From the NCBI GenBank assembly GCA_964389135.1, contig CAYMDA010000019.1, forward strand, positions 9,103 to 73,102: a stretch of DNA of 64,000 nucleotides, read 5' to 3'. The position numbers and the translations under genes were made by a program. Numbering within the stretch: position 1 is the stretch's first letter; each line of letters opens with the position of its first letter. Below, piece by piece: positions 8,906-19,200 of this stretch. The notes under the pieces were generated by a model. That model saw only the letters and a program-made list of their open reading frames with translations. It was not told the DNA's origin and ran no database searches. The stretch comes from an uncultured Verrucomicrobiota bacterium (GTDB taxonomy: Bacteria; Verrucomicrobiota; Verrucomicrobiia; Limisphaerales; CAIMTB01).

Positions 8906-10066
8906 ATGAAGCCATCGAATCGAGAACCGACCGCCGGACAAGAGTCCTGCGGCACAGGGGATACTCCCGCCGTCTCTATTGTCATTCCCTGCCGTAATGA
9001 AGTGGATGCAATCAGCGCATGCATGACCTCGATCCTCGCGCAGGCGAGGCCGGAGGGCGGCATCGAGGTGATCGTGGCCGACGGCATGTCGGACGACGGC
9101 ACGCGCGAGGTCCTCGCCGAGATCGCGGCGAGCCATCCCGAGGTCCGGGTCATCGACAATCCGGGCCGGATCGTCTCGAAGGGGCTCAACCTCGCGATCG
9201 CGGCGGCGCGCGGCGCGGTGATCGTGCGCATGGACGTCCACTGCGAGTACGCGCCGGACTACGTCCTCGAGTGCCTCCGCGCCCTCGAGGCCAGCGGCGC
9301 GGACAACGTCGGCGGCCCGTGTGTCGCCGTGGGCCGCGGCTACATCGGGCGGGCCATCGCCGCGGCGTTCCACTCCGCCTTCTGCGTGGGGGGAGCGCGC
9401 TGGCACAGGACGGACTACGAGGGCCCCGTGGACACGATCTGCTTCGGCGCCTGGCGGAGGGACTCCTTCCGGCGGTTCGGACCCTTCGACGAGGAACTGG
9501 TCCGCAACCAGGACGACGAGCACAACCTCCGGATCCTCCGCGGCGGCGGGCGCGTCTGGCAGTCGCCCCGCATCCGGAGCACGTACCATCCGCGCGGGTC
9601 CCTTCCCGCCCTGTTCCGGCAGTACATGCAGTACGGCTACTGGAAGGTGCGCGTCATCCGGAAACACCGGCTGCCCGCATCGTGGCGGCACCTCGTTCCC
9701 GGAGCGTTCGTCGCGTGGATGCTCGTGACGGCCCTCCTGACGGCGCTCTGCGCGCTCGGCGCGTTCGCCCTCGGGGGCGACGCGGCGCGGGTCTCCGGCA
9801 CGATCGCGCTCTGGACCGGTGGCGCGTTCGCCGGTGCCGCCGCGGCGTACGCGGTGGCTGCGGGCCTCGCCGCCATCGTGTCCGGACGCCGGGCCGGATG
9901 GGATCTGGCACCGGTCCTGCCTCTCGTCTTCCTGACGTACCACGCCGGTTACGGCTGGGGCTTCCTCCGGGGACTGCTGGACGCGTGCCGCGGCGCGGGC
10001 GTGCCGGCGGAGTTCACGGCGCTCACGAGGGGCGCGCGAAGCCGGGCGACGGACGCGGCGATCTGA
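8906..10066 (+). CDS. GT2 glycosyltransferase, ExoA (succinoglycan)-like
   Basis: 'VSIVIPCRNE', 'VADGMSDDGT', 'IVRMDVH', 'FDEELVRNQDDEHNLR', 'LFRQYMQYGYWK', C-terminal TM helices and 'YGWGFLRG'; start at ATG 8906. Confidence 0.88.
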   Translation: MKPSNREPTAGQESCGTGDTPAVSIVIPCRNEVDAISACMTSILAQARPEGGIEVIVADGMSDDGTREVLAEIAASHPEVRVIDNPGRIVSKGLNLAIAAARGAVIVRMDVHCEYAPDYVLECLRALEASGADNVGGPCVAVGRGYIGRAIAAAFHSAFCVGGARWHRTDYEGPVDTICFGAWRRDSFRRFGPFDEELVRNQDDEHNLRILRGGGRVWQSPRIRSTYHPRGSLPALFRQYMQYGYWKVRVIRKHRLPASWRHLVPGAFVAWMLVTALLTALCALGAFALGGDAARVSGTIALWTGGAFAGAAAAYAVAAGLAAIVSGRRAGWDLAPVLPLVFLTYHAGYGWGFLRGLLDACRGAGVPAEFTALTRGARSRATDAAI

Positions 10067-10096
10067 TCGGGCGGTCAACGAATCGGGACGACGGCT

Positions 10097-11290
10097 ATGG
10101 ACAGGATTCCCTTCTACAAGGCGGAGCTCGGCGAGGCGGAGATCGCCGAGGTGGTGGACACCCTGCGCGGCGGCTGGCTCACCACCGGCGCGCGAACGCG
10201 CGAGTTCGAGCGTCTCTTTTCGGAGAGGCTCGGGCACCGGCACTCCGTGGCGCTCAACTCCTGCACGGCCGCGCTGCACCTCGCGCTCGAGGCGATCGGA
10301 TTGAAGCCAGGGGAGGGGGTCCTCGTGCCCACCATGACCTTCGCGGCCACCGCGGAGGTCGTGCGCTATTTCAACGCGATCCCCGTGCTCGTCGATTGCC
10401 GTGAGTCGGACTTCAACATCGACGTCGCCGACGCGGAGCGCCGCCTGAGGAAGGCCCAGGCCAGGGGCGTGAAGGTGGCCGCCATCATCCCTGTCCATTA
10501 CGGCGGTCAGATCGGCGACATGGCCGGCGTGAACCGGCTTGCCGCAGAGCACGGCCTCAAGGTCATCGCCGACGCGGCGCATTGCTGCCCCGCCTTCACC
10601 CGCGCGAACGCGGAGGCGCCGTGGGAGCCCGTCGGCCGGTCGGCGGACATCACGTGTTACTCCTTCTACGCCAACAAGTGCATCACGACCGGGGAGGGCG
10701 GGATGGCGTGCACCGAGAACGAGGAGTACGCGGACCGCATCCGGCACCTGTCCCTGCACGGCATCTCCAGGGACGCATGGCGGCGCTACACCGCGGAGGG
10801 AAGCTGGTACTACGAGATCACCGCGCCGGGCTACAAGTACAACCTCACGGACATCGCCGCGGCCATCGGCATTCACCAGCTCGCGCGAATGGACGAGCTG
10901 CACCGCAGGCGTGCGGGCATCGCCTCCCTGTACCACGAGAAGCTCCGGGATCTCGACGAGGTGATCCTGCCCGTGGCGCACCCGGACCGGATCCACTCAT
11001 GGCACCTGTATGTCATCCGGCTGCGTCCGGACCGGCTCGGCATCGGGCGCAATGAGGTCATCGACGAGCTGAAGCGGGCGGGGATCTCCACGAGCGTGCA
11101 TTACATGCCATTGCATATGCATCCCTATTACCGCGAGACGTTCGGCTACGCTCCGGAGGATCTGCCGTGCATGGCGCGGGTCTATTCCGAGATCATCAGC
11201 CTTCCGCTGTATCCCGGGCTCGCCGAGCCCCAGGTGGAGCATGTGTGCCGGACACTCCGCGAGATCATCGCGGCCAACCGGAGGCGTTGA
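10097..11290 (+). CDS. DegT/DnrJ/EryC1/StrS PLP-dependent nucleotide-sugar aminotransferase (ArnB/SpsC/PglE-like)
   Basis: 'GWLTTG', 'NSCTAALHLAL', 'PTMTFAAT', 'PVHYGG', 'DAAH', 'SFYANKCITTGEGGM' (catalytic Lys), 'GYKYN', 'ISLPLYP'. Confidence 0.93.
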   Translation: MDRIPFYKAELGEAEIAEVVDTLRGGWLTTGARTREFERLFSERLGHRHSVALNSCTAALHLALEAIGLKPGEGVLVPTMTFAATAEVVRYFNAIPVLVDCRESDFNIDVADAERRLRKAQARGVKVAAIIPVHYGGQIGDMAGVNRLAAEHGLKVIADAAHCCPAFTRANAEAPWEPVGRSADITCYSFYANKCITTGEGGMACTENEEYADRIRHLSLHGISRDAWRRYTAEGSWYYEITAPGYKYNLTDIAAAIGIHQLARMDELHRRRAGIASLYHEKLRDLDEVILPVAHPDRIHSWHLYVIRLRPDRLGIGRNEVIDELKRAGISTSVHYMPLHMHPYYRETFGYAPEDLPCMARVYSEIISLPLYPGLAEPQVEHVCRTLREIIAANRRR

Positions 11291-11297
11291 GGAAACG

Positions 11298-12665
11298 GTG
11301 ACCTGGCGCGGAGACATCGGAGCCTGCGGATCCGTTCCGGAGGCGGCGCTCGACGGGAGACGCGAGTTCGCGAAGCGGGCCTTCGACATCACCGCCGCCT
11401 TCGCGGGCCTCGTGGTCCTCGCCCCCGTGATGCTCGCGATCGCGGCGCTGATCCGGCTGTCGGATGGCGGAAGCGTGTTCTACCGCCAGCGACGCGTGGG
11501 AAGATACGGACGCGAGTTCGGGATCCTGAAGTTTCGCACGATGGTCCCGGACGCGGATCGCCGGGGCCCGCTCGTCACGGGCCGGACGGACCCGAGGATC
11601 ACCCGGGTGGGACGGGTTCTCCGGCGCTGGAAGCTCGACGAGCTGCCGCAGCTCTGGAACGTGCTGAGGGGGGAGATGAGTTTTGTCGGGCCGCGCCCCG
11701 AGGTCGCGAAGTATGTCGCGAGATACACGGAGGAACAGCGTTCCCTCCTGAGTCTGAAGCCGGGAGTCACGGACCTCGCCACCCTGCAGTTCCGCAACGA
11801 GGAGGAGCTTCTCGCGCGCGCGGAGAACGTGGAGGAGTTCTATGTGCGGCACTGCATCCCGCGGAAGTTCGAGCTGAACATGCGGTATGCGCGGCGCGCG
11901 ACATTCTGGACTGACCTCTGGGTGATCACGGCGACCGTGCTTCCCCGGTCGGTGCGGATGCTGCTCGGTCACGCGGGCGCGCTCGCGGCGAGTCTCTGGG
12001 CGGTGTACGCGATGAGGTCTGACTTCTCCTCGCTTCCCGGCGAGGACTTCTGGAAGGCCGCGCTGATCGCGGTGCCCGTGCAGGCGGCCTGTCTCGCCTG
12101 GAGGGGGCAGTTTCGAACCGTCCCGGACGTGTTTCACGGACCCGAGGCGCGGGAGGTCGCGATCGCGCTTGGCGCGGCCGCGCTGATTCAGGTGGCTGCG
12201 GGCCTTGCCTCGTCACGTCTGCCCGTGGCTCCGGCGGGCGTGATCGCGATGCATGTGCTGTGCGCATTTGCCTTCATCGCATGCGGCCGCCGCTGGCTGG
12301 GGCATCTGCGACGGCGGGTCGTTCGTCCTTCGCGGGGCACGGAACACTCTTCAGGGAAGCGGATTGCGATCGTGGGCGCGGGCGAGGCCGGGGCCTGGGT
12401 CGCGCGGCAGTTGATCCGCGGCCGGCGACACGGGATCGAGGCGTTCTTCGACGATGACCCGGGGCGCTGGCAGAGGCGGCTGCACGGAGTTGCCGTGGTC
12501 GGCATGCCGGAATGCCTGCTCGAGGGATGGTCGGGACGGGTCGAGGAAGTCGTGATTGCCACCCCGGAGTCAGGATCGGAGCGCAGATCCGAGGTGGGCG
12601 CGATGCTGAGGGGGGCGGGGATACGGGTGCGGACGCTGGGTGAGCTGGAGGACGAACTCTGCTGA
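11298..12665 (+). CDS. Undecaprenyl-phosphate phosphoglycosyl (sugar) transferase with a C-terminal TM + CoA-binding-like extension
   Basis: 'KRAFDI', 'FYRQRRVG', 'KFRTM', 'DPRITRVG', 'KLDELPQLWNVLRGEMSFVGPRPE'; then hydrophobic helices and 'IVGAGEAG...FFDDD...LHGVAVVG'. Start GTG 11298 after GAGGA. Confidence 0.88.
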   Translation: MTWRGDIGACGSVPEAALDGRREFAKRAFDITAAFAGLVVLAPVMLAIAALIRLSDGGSVFYRQRRVGRYGREFGILKFRTMVPDADRRGPLVTGRTDPRITRVGRVLRRWKLDELPQLWNVLRGEMSFVGPRPEVAKYVARYTEEQRSLLSLKPGVTDLATLQFRNEEELLARAENVEEFYVRHCIPRKFELNMRYARRATFWTDLWVITATVLPRSVRMLLGHAGALAASLWAVYAMRSDFSSLPGEDFWKAALIAVPVQAACLAWRGQFRTVPDVFHGPEAREVAIALGAAALIQVAAGLASSRLPVAPAGVIAMHVLCAFAFIACGRRWLGHLRRRVVRPSRGTEHSSGKRIAIVGAGEAGAWVARQLIRGRRHGIEAFFDDDPGRWQRRLHGVAVVGMPECLLEGWSGRVEEVVIATPESGSERRSEVGAMLRGAGIRVRTLGELEDELC

Positions 12666-12736
12666 GCCAGGGCCGCGGGCCTGCCATTGGGTAACGGGGA
12701 GGGACGGGACGAAGACGGGATTCTTCGGGAAATCGG

Positions 12737-14713
12737 ATGGATGTCATGAGCTTATTCGGAACACGCGGTGTCACCGCCGCGTTGAGGTTTGCGAAGCGGC
12801 TGACCGGGCCGTACTACCAGTCCGCCCGGTTCGGAGTGCTTGTGGTGACCTACGCGACGGTTCTGATGGCGAGCCGCTGGCTCGCCTATCAGTTCAGGTT
12901 CGAGTTCTCGGTGCCGGAAGGGATGTGGAGACAGCTGCTGTGGGGCGCCCTGTGGGCGATCCCGATGAAGCTGGTGCTTCTCTGGATCTTCGGACAGTTC
13001 TCCAATCTTCTGAGTTACTTCAGCGTCCCGGACCTGAACCGGATTCTGCAGTCGATGGGAATCGGGACGCTCGTCCTGCTCGCCACGCGACCGCTGGAGC
13101 CGGGCGAGTCGCTCATGCCCCTGAGCGTGATCGCGATGGACTTCGTCTTCTCGTGCGCCGCGGTCGGCGCGGTGCGCCTTGGCTTCCGGACCCTTCGGGA
13201 GCGTTATGTGACGAAGCCCCACACCGGCGGACCCGTGCGCAGGGTCGGAATCATCGGGGCCGGGGACGCCGGGGCGATGCTGACGCGCGAACTGAAGGCG
13301 AACCGCCGCCTCGGCCTCGTGCCCGTCGCGTTCTTCGATGACGACGCGACGAAATGGAAGTCGCGCGTGCACGGCGTGCCGGTGATCGGAAAACCGGAGC
13401 GCCTTCTCGAGCCGAAGATCCGCGCGCGGCTCGATGACGTCATCATCGCGATGCCGTCGGCGCCCGCGAGCCGGATCCGGGAGATCATCCGCCAGCTCTC
13501 GAGCGTGAAGCTGAAGGTGGAGACCGTTCCGTCGCTCGGCCAGCTCGCGACGGGACAGGTGAGGGTGAGCCAGTTGAGGAAGGTCGAGCTCGAGGACCTT
13601 CTCGGGCGCGAGCCGGTGCAACTGCATACGGAGGACATTCGTGCGGTGCTGAAGGGCAGGTCGGTTCTGGTCACCGGGGCCGGCGGAAGCATCGGGAGCG
13701 AGCTGTGCCGGCAGATCGCGGCCTACGGCCCGGCCCGGCTGGTGCTCGTCGAGCGATCCGAGGGCAGCCTGTTCCAGATCGAGCAGGAGCTCCGGGAGGC
13801 GGGCTATGGCGACCTCGTCGAACCCATCGTGGCCAACATCCTCGATGAGGCCCGGATGTGGACCGTGTTTGACCGCTTCAAGCCCCAGGTCGTCTTTCAC
13901 GCCGCGGCGCACAAGCACGTGCCGATGATGGAGAGCCAGCCGGACGAGGCGTTCATGAACAACACCGTCGGGACCGTGCGCGTCGCCGAGCTGTCGGTCG
14001 TCACCGGAGTGGAGCGCCTCGTCATGATCTCCACCGACAAGGCGATCAACCCGACCAATGTCATGGGCACGACGAAGCGCCTTGCGGAGATCTATCTGCA
14101 GGCGCTGAGCGCGGAGAACCCGGGCCGGACCCGCATCATGGCCGTGCGGTTCGGCAACGTGCTCGGGTCCTCCGGCAGCGTGGTGCCGACCTTCACCCGG
14201 CAGATCGCCGCGGGCGGCCCCGTCAAGGTGACGCACCCCGATGTGACGCGCTACTTCATGACCATCCCCGAGGCGGTCGGACTCGTCCTGCAGAGCGCGG
14301 CGCAGGGAACGGGCGGGGAGATCTTCGTCCTGGACATGGGCAAGCCCATGAAGATCGTGGATCTGGCCCGCCAGATGATCGAGCTGAACGGCCTCAGGCC
14401 GGACCTCGACATCGAGATCGAGTTCACCGGCCTGCGCCCCGGCGAGAAGCTCTACGAGGAGCTCAGCTACGAGGGCGAGAACATCACCGCGACCCGGCAC
14501 CCGAAGATTCACCGGCTTCTGTGCGAGCCGGAGCCGCTCGGCAGGGTCCGCCAGCAGATCGATGAGATCGAGGACCGTCTCCTCGCCGCCGGGCCGAACG
14601 AATTGAAGCGCCTGCTCGAACGGGTCGTCCCCGAATACCGGCCATTCATCCCGGCGCAGGAGGTGCATGACGGGCGTCACGCGGCCGGTGAGCGGATGCT
14701 CGCCGCGACCTGA
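12737..14713 (+). CDS. CapD/PglF/WbpM-type membrane-anchored UDP-GlcNAc 4,6-dehydratase
   Basis: N-terminal TMs, 'IIGAGDAG', 'EDLLGREP', 'VTGAGGSIGSELCRQ', 'HAAAHKHVP', 'ISTDKAINPTNVMGTTK', 'VRFGNVLGSSGSV', 'RYFMTIPEA', 'GLRPGEKLYEE'. Confidence 0.95.
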   Translation: MDVMSLFGTRGVTAALRFAKRLTGPYYQSARFGVLVVTYATVLMASRWLAYQFRFEFSVPEGMWRQLLWGALWAIPMKLVLLWIFGQFSNLLSYFSVPDLNRILQSMGIGTLVLLATRPLEPGESLMPLSVIAMDFVFSCAAVGAVRLGFRTLRERYVTKPHTGGPVRRVGIIGAGDAGAMLTRELKANRRLGLVPVAFFDDDATKWKSRVHGVPVIGKPERLLEPKIRARLDDVIIAMPSAPASRIREIIRQLSSVKLKVETVPSLGQLATGQVRVSQLRKVELEDLLGREPVQLHTEDIRAVLKGRSVLVTGAGGSIGSELCRQIAAYGPARLVLVERSEGSLFQIEQELREAGYGDLVEPIVANILDEARMWTVFDRFKPQVVFHAAAHKHVPMMESQPDEAFMNNTVGTVRVAELSVVTGVERLVMISTDKAINPTNVMGTTKRLAEIYLQALSAENPGRTRIMAVRFGNVLGSSGSVVPTFTRQIAAGGPVKVTHPDVTRYFMTIPEAVGLVLQSAAQGTGGEIFVLDMGKPMKIVDLARQMIELNGLRPDLDIEIEFTGLRPGEKLYEELSYEGENITATRHPKIHRLLCEPEPLGRVRQQIDEIEDRLLAAGPNELKRLLERVVPEYRPFIPAQEVHDGRHAAGERMLAAT

Positions 14714-14720
14714 ATCCCAC

Positions 14721-15464
14721 ATGATGGAGGATCTGGATTTGCCGGCCCCCGAACCCGGGAGGCCGGTTTTCTGGCTGGTGCGGATGGATGCCGCGCCGCG
14801 GGTGATCCGCACCTATGAGCCGGTGCTGTCACGCGAGGAGGCATGGCAGGCGTCGCGCTTCCGCGAGGATCGCGCGCGCATGCGGTCGGTCCTCACGCGG
14901 GGTGTCCTTCGACTCCTGCTGAGCCGCTATCAGGGCATGAACGCCGCGGACCTCGCGTTCGAGCGCGGTCCCCACGGCAAGCCCCGGCTGATTCACGGCG
15001 ACGAACGCCTGCGCTTCAACGTGGCTCATTCGGGCGAGTTCGGCCTTATCGGAGTGAGCGTGGATGCCGATATCGGCGTGGACCTCGAGCGGATCCGGCC
15101 GGAGACCGTGACGCGGGATCTCGCGCGCGCGTGCCTCACGCCGCGGGAGGCGGAGGTCCTTTGCGCGCTCGAACCGCGGGAGATGGCGCAGCGCCTGCAC
15201 TGGTGCTGGGCGCGCAAGGAGGCGCTGGTGAAAGGACACGGGGCCGGCGGCTCCCTGGATCCGCGGGAGGTTTCGGTGCCGCTCGGCGGGCCGGGCGCCG
15301 CCGCGGGCTGGATCAGCAGGCACCCGGACGGGCGGCGGTGGTCCCTGTGGGACATCGCGGCGCCGGAGGGTTATGCGGCGGCAACAGCGGTCGATGGCGA
15401 ATGCCGGGGGGCGCCATTGTTCGCATGGGAACATCCCGGCGTGGAATTTGTGGAGATTGGATGA
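14721..15464 (+). CDS. Sfp-type 4'-phosphopantetheinyl transferase
   Basis: 'RGVLRLLLSRY', 'HGKP', 'FNVAHSG', 'IGVDLE', 'WARKEALVKG'; ATG 7 nt after the CapD stop. Confidence 0.92.
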   Translation: MMEDLDLPAPEPGRPVFWLVRMDAAPRVIRTYEPVLSREEAWQASRFREDRARMRSVLTRGVLRLLLSRYQGMNAADLAFERGPHGKPRLIHGDERLRFNVAHSGEFGLIGVSVDADIGVDLERIRPETVTRDLARACLTPREAEVLCALEPREMAQRLHWCWARKEALVKGHGAGGSLDPREVSVPLGGPGAAAGWISRHPDGRRWSLWDIAAPEGYAAATAVDGECRGAPLFAWEHPGVEFVEIG

Positions 15465-16216
15465 ATTGGCTTTACTGGCCGCGAAGAAATGCCGATGCAC
15501 TCTGGCGGGGATTCTGCTTTCCCTATGCAGGATCCGGCGCGAGTGCCTACAGTGGATGGGCAGACCGACTGAATCCAAGTGCGGAGCTCTGCCTTGTTGT
15601 CCCGCCGGGTAGGGAAACCCGCCACCGGGAAAAGCCTCTCACAACGCTCGAACCGATGGTTTCCGCGGTCGTTCGGGCGATGCAGCCATTCACGGAACGC
15701 CCGTACTTCCTGTTCGGACACAGTTTCGGCGCGCTGGTCGCCTTTGAGGTGGCCCGCGCCCTGAGACGGAGCGGCTCGAGAACCCCGGATCACCTGTTTG
15801 TTTCGGCGGCGCCCGCGCCCCAGCGAGGATGGCCGCACCGGCAATTGCATTGCATGCACGATGCCGCGCTGTTGCAGGAGCTGCAGGCGCTGTACGGCGG
15901 AATTCCAAGGACGGTCTTCGAGGACGACGAACTGAGGCGGCTCATGCTGCCGGTGCTGCGCGGGGATCTTACCGTGATCGAAACGTACCGATACGAGGCG
16001 GAGGAGCCCCTGTCGTGTCCGATCACGGTGTTCAGTGGAGACCGGGACCGGGCGGTCCCTGGCGACGCCCTCGAGGAATGGCGACACCAGACGACGGCGG
16101 GCTTTCAGCATGTGCGTGTGAACGGGGACCACTTCTTCCTTCGCAGTGCGCGGGATGTGGTGACGGCAAGGGTCAGGACGGAACTGGAAGGAGCGATTGA
16201 ACATGTCGAGCGGTGA
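15461..16216 (+). CDS. Type II thioesterase (GrsT/SrfAD-like)
   Basis: 'FCFPYAGSGASAY', 'PPGRE', 'FGHSFGA', 'LPVLRGD', 'GDHFF'; ATGA overlap with the PPTase. Confidence 0.93.
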   Translation: MNWLYWPRRNADALWRGFCFPYAGSGASAYSGWADRLNPSAELCLVVPPGRETRHREKPLTTLEPMVSAVVRAMQPFTERPYFLFGHSFGALVAFEVARALRRSGSRTPDHLFVSAAPAPQRGWPHRQLHCMHDAALLQELQALYGGIPRTVFEDDELRRLMLPVLRGDLTVIETYRYEAEEPLSCPITVFSGDRDRAVPGDALEEWRHQTTAGFQHVRVNGDHFFLRSARDVVTARVRTELEGAIEHVER

Positions 16217-19200
16217 AAGGAATCAGGATTGCGGGCGGCGGCAGCGTGACCCCATCGCCATCGTGGGCATGGCGTGCCGCTTCCCGGGGGCGCCGAACAC
16301 GGAGGAGTTCTGGAAGCTGCTGAACGAGGGGAGGGAGGCGATCGCCCCGTACTCGGAACGGCGGGGGCCCTTTCTCGATCCGGTGATGACGCCGGAGATA
16401 GAACGGCGGGGAGCCATCGCGTCGCTCCGCGGCGGATTCCTCCCGGGCATCGACGGCTTCGACGCCGAATTCTTCGGGTTGTCGCCCCGCGAGGCGCAGC
16501 TCATGGACCCGCAGCACCGGATGCTGCTCGAGCTGAGCTGGGAGGCGCTCGAATCGGCGGGCATCGTTCCGGGCTCGGTCCGCGGCTCGCGCACCGGCGT
16601 GTACGTCGCGCAGTGGACGAGCGACTATGAGGCCTGCCTCAGCGAGACGCTGGACCAGGTGGAGTTCCACGCGACCACCGGAACCGGTCGCTACGCCGCC
16701 TCCGGCCGGATCTCGTTCACGTTCGATTTCCGCGGACCCGCGCTGACGCTGGACACCGGCTGCTCTTCCTCGCTGGTGGCCGTGCACCTCGCGAGCCGTG
16801 CCCTGTGGAATGGGGATTGCGAAATGGCGCTCGTCGGCGCCGCCAACCTGATCCTGCGTCCCGACGTGACGCTCGCCTATTCGGCGGCGGGCATTCTCTC
16901 CAGGGACGGACGCTGCAAATTCGGGGACGCGGCCGCGGACGGCTACGTGCGCAGCGAGGGCGGCGCGGTCCTTGTTCTCAAGCGGCTCTCACGCGCGCTC
17001 GCCGACCATGATCCGATCGAGGCGGTGATCCTCGGATCGGCGGTGACCAGCCACGGCCAGGGAAGCGGCCTCATGATCCGTCCCGGGCAGGAGGGACTCG
17101 AGGCGATGCTCGCCGCCGCATGGGAGGACGCCGGAATCGACCCCGCCGAAGTCGCCTACATCGAGGCGCACGGGCCGGGGACGGCGGCGGGAGATCCCGT
17201 CGAGCTCGGCGCCATCCGGCGCATGCTCGGGGACAAGCCGCGGTCATGGCCGTGTCTTGTCGGCTCGGTGAAGACGAACATCGGCCATCTCGAGGGCGCG
17301 GCGGGACTCGCCGGCCTGGTGAAGACGGTGCTCGCGCTGAAGCGTCGCCGCATTCCCGCGAGCCTGCACCTGCAGACCGCCAACCCCGCGATCGCGTGGG
17401 AGCCCGGCATCTTCCAGATCCCGGTGTCGCCCGTCCCATGGCCGTCCGGCACCGGCCCGGCGACGGCTGGCGTGAGTTCCTTCGGCATCACGGGCACGAC
17501 GGCGCACGTCGTCGTTCGCGAGGCGCCCGCGCACTGCGCGCCCCGGGGATCCGGGCAGCGCGGCGGATTCGAAGGGCATCAGTTGCTGCTCCTCTCGGCG
17601 AAGTCGCCCACGGCGCTGCGCGCGGTCGTCCAGGCGCACCTCGACCAGGCGTTGCAGCCGGGGGTGTCGCTGCGCGACGTGTGCTACACGGCGGCCGTCC
17701 GCCGTACGCACCACGAGTTCCGCGCCGCGTTCGTAGCGCGGGACGTGGAGGGCATGCGGGCGGAACTCGAGGCCTTCCTTGCCGGCGAGGACAGCAGGCT
17801 GCGCGCGACGGGGCGGGCCGAGGTCGGGTTGGAAACGCGGGTCGCCTTCGTGTTTCCCGGACAGGGTTCGCAATGGGCTGGAATGGGACGCGATCTGCTG
17901 CGATCCGAGCCGGTCTTTCGCGAGGCCTTTGAAGCCGCCGACCGGGCCGTGGGCCGATGCGCGGGCTGGTCGCTGATGCGGCTGCTGCAGTCGGACGAGG
18001 AAGTGGCCGAGATCGACAGGATCCAGCCGCTGCTCTTCGGCCTTCAGGTGGCCCTGCACGCAATGTGGAAGTCCTGGGGCGTCGAGGCTTCCGCCGTGGT
18101 CGGTCACAGCATGGGCGAGGTGGCCGCGGCCTACGCCGCGGGAGCACTCTCGCTCGATGACGCGGCGCGCGTCGTCGTTTCCCGCAGCCGGCTCATGCGG
18201 GAGGTCAGCGGACGCGGGGGAATGGCCGTGCTCGGCCTGAGCGCCGAGGAGGCCGCGGAGCGGCTCCTGCCGTTCGGCGACAGGATCTCCGTCGCGGCGA
18301 TGAACAGCCCGACATCGACGGTGGTCTCCGGCGATGCCGACGCCATCGCGGAACTCGTGCGGTCCCTGCAGGGAACGGAAGTGTTCTGCCGGGCCGTCAA
18401 CGTGGACGTGGCCTCGCACAGCAGTCACATGGAGCCGTTGAAGGTCCGGCTCGCGGCGGAACTGGAGGGAATCGACCCGCGCGCGCCCGGCGTGCCGCTG
18501 TGCTCGACCGTGACCGGGCGGATCGAGGACGGACGGATGGATCCCGCCTACTGGGGCAGGAACCTTCGCGAACCGGTGCAGTTCGCGCGCGCGGCGGACG
18601 TCCTGCTGAGGCAGGGCTGCAATCTGTTCATCGAGCTCAGCCCGCATCCGGTGCTGCTGAACGGGCTCAACGAGGTCATCGCGGGAAGCGGGCGGCCCGC
18701 GAGGGCCATCGGATCGCTGCGCCGCAATGAACCGGAGCGCGCTCAGATGCTTCGCGGGCTCGGCGATCTCTTCGCGACCGGCTGTCCTGTGGACTGGTCA
18801 CGGCTCTATCCGGAGGGGAACCTCGTTCCGCTCCCGGCGTATCCATGGCAGCGGGAGCGCTTCTGGTTCGAGGAGGGCGCTCGCCGTCACGGGGTCCGGG
18901 CCGGGACGGGAGGCGGACTCGGGGAGCGCATCGAGATCGCCAGTGAACCCGGCCTGAGCGTCTGGTCCATCGACCTGCGCAGGCGCGATGCGCTCGTCGT
19001 CAAGGGCGTGCGGCGGTGCCCCGTCTCCATGTGCCTCGAGCTCGTCATGGAGGGGGTGAAATCCGTCTGGGGCCTCGAACCCGTCGTGCTCGCGGACGTG
19101 GTCGTCGGCACGGAGATGGATCCGGCCGCGGAGACGGAGGTGCAGCTTTCCGTGCGGCGCGAGGACACGCGCGGGCGGTTCGAGTTGCGCGCCCGGCAGT

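Larger units (their letters stand above)
1..14713. other. Surface polysaccharide/glycan biosynthesis locus (incomplete at the left edge)
   Basis: Three GTs, initiating sugar transferase, aminotransferase, CapD-type dehydratase and CapK-like ligase. Confidence 0.9.

Noticed and set aside
14843-15460. ORF-track N-terminal extensions (TEII from 14843, GNAT from 3243, PKS4 from 31855, PKS6 from 45965, GT2 from 8678)
   Set aside because: Most overlap upstream genes, and all read as junk; downstream starts fit family N-termini and translational coupling.
15400-16250. Dip in GC at the PPTase/TEII junction as a sign of horizontal insertion
   Set aside because: Modest and local; no integrase, transposase, tRNA or flanking repeats; could reflect gene-start bias or an internal promoter.
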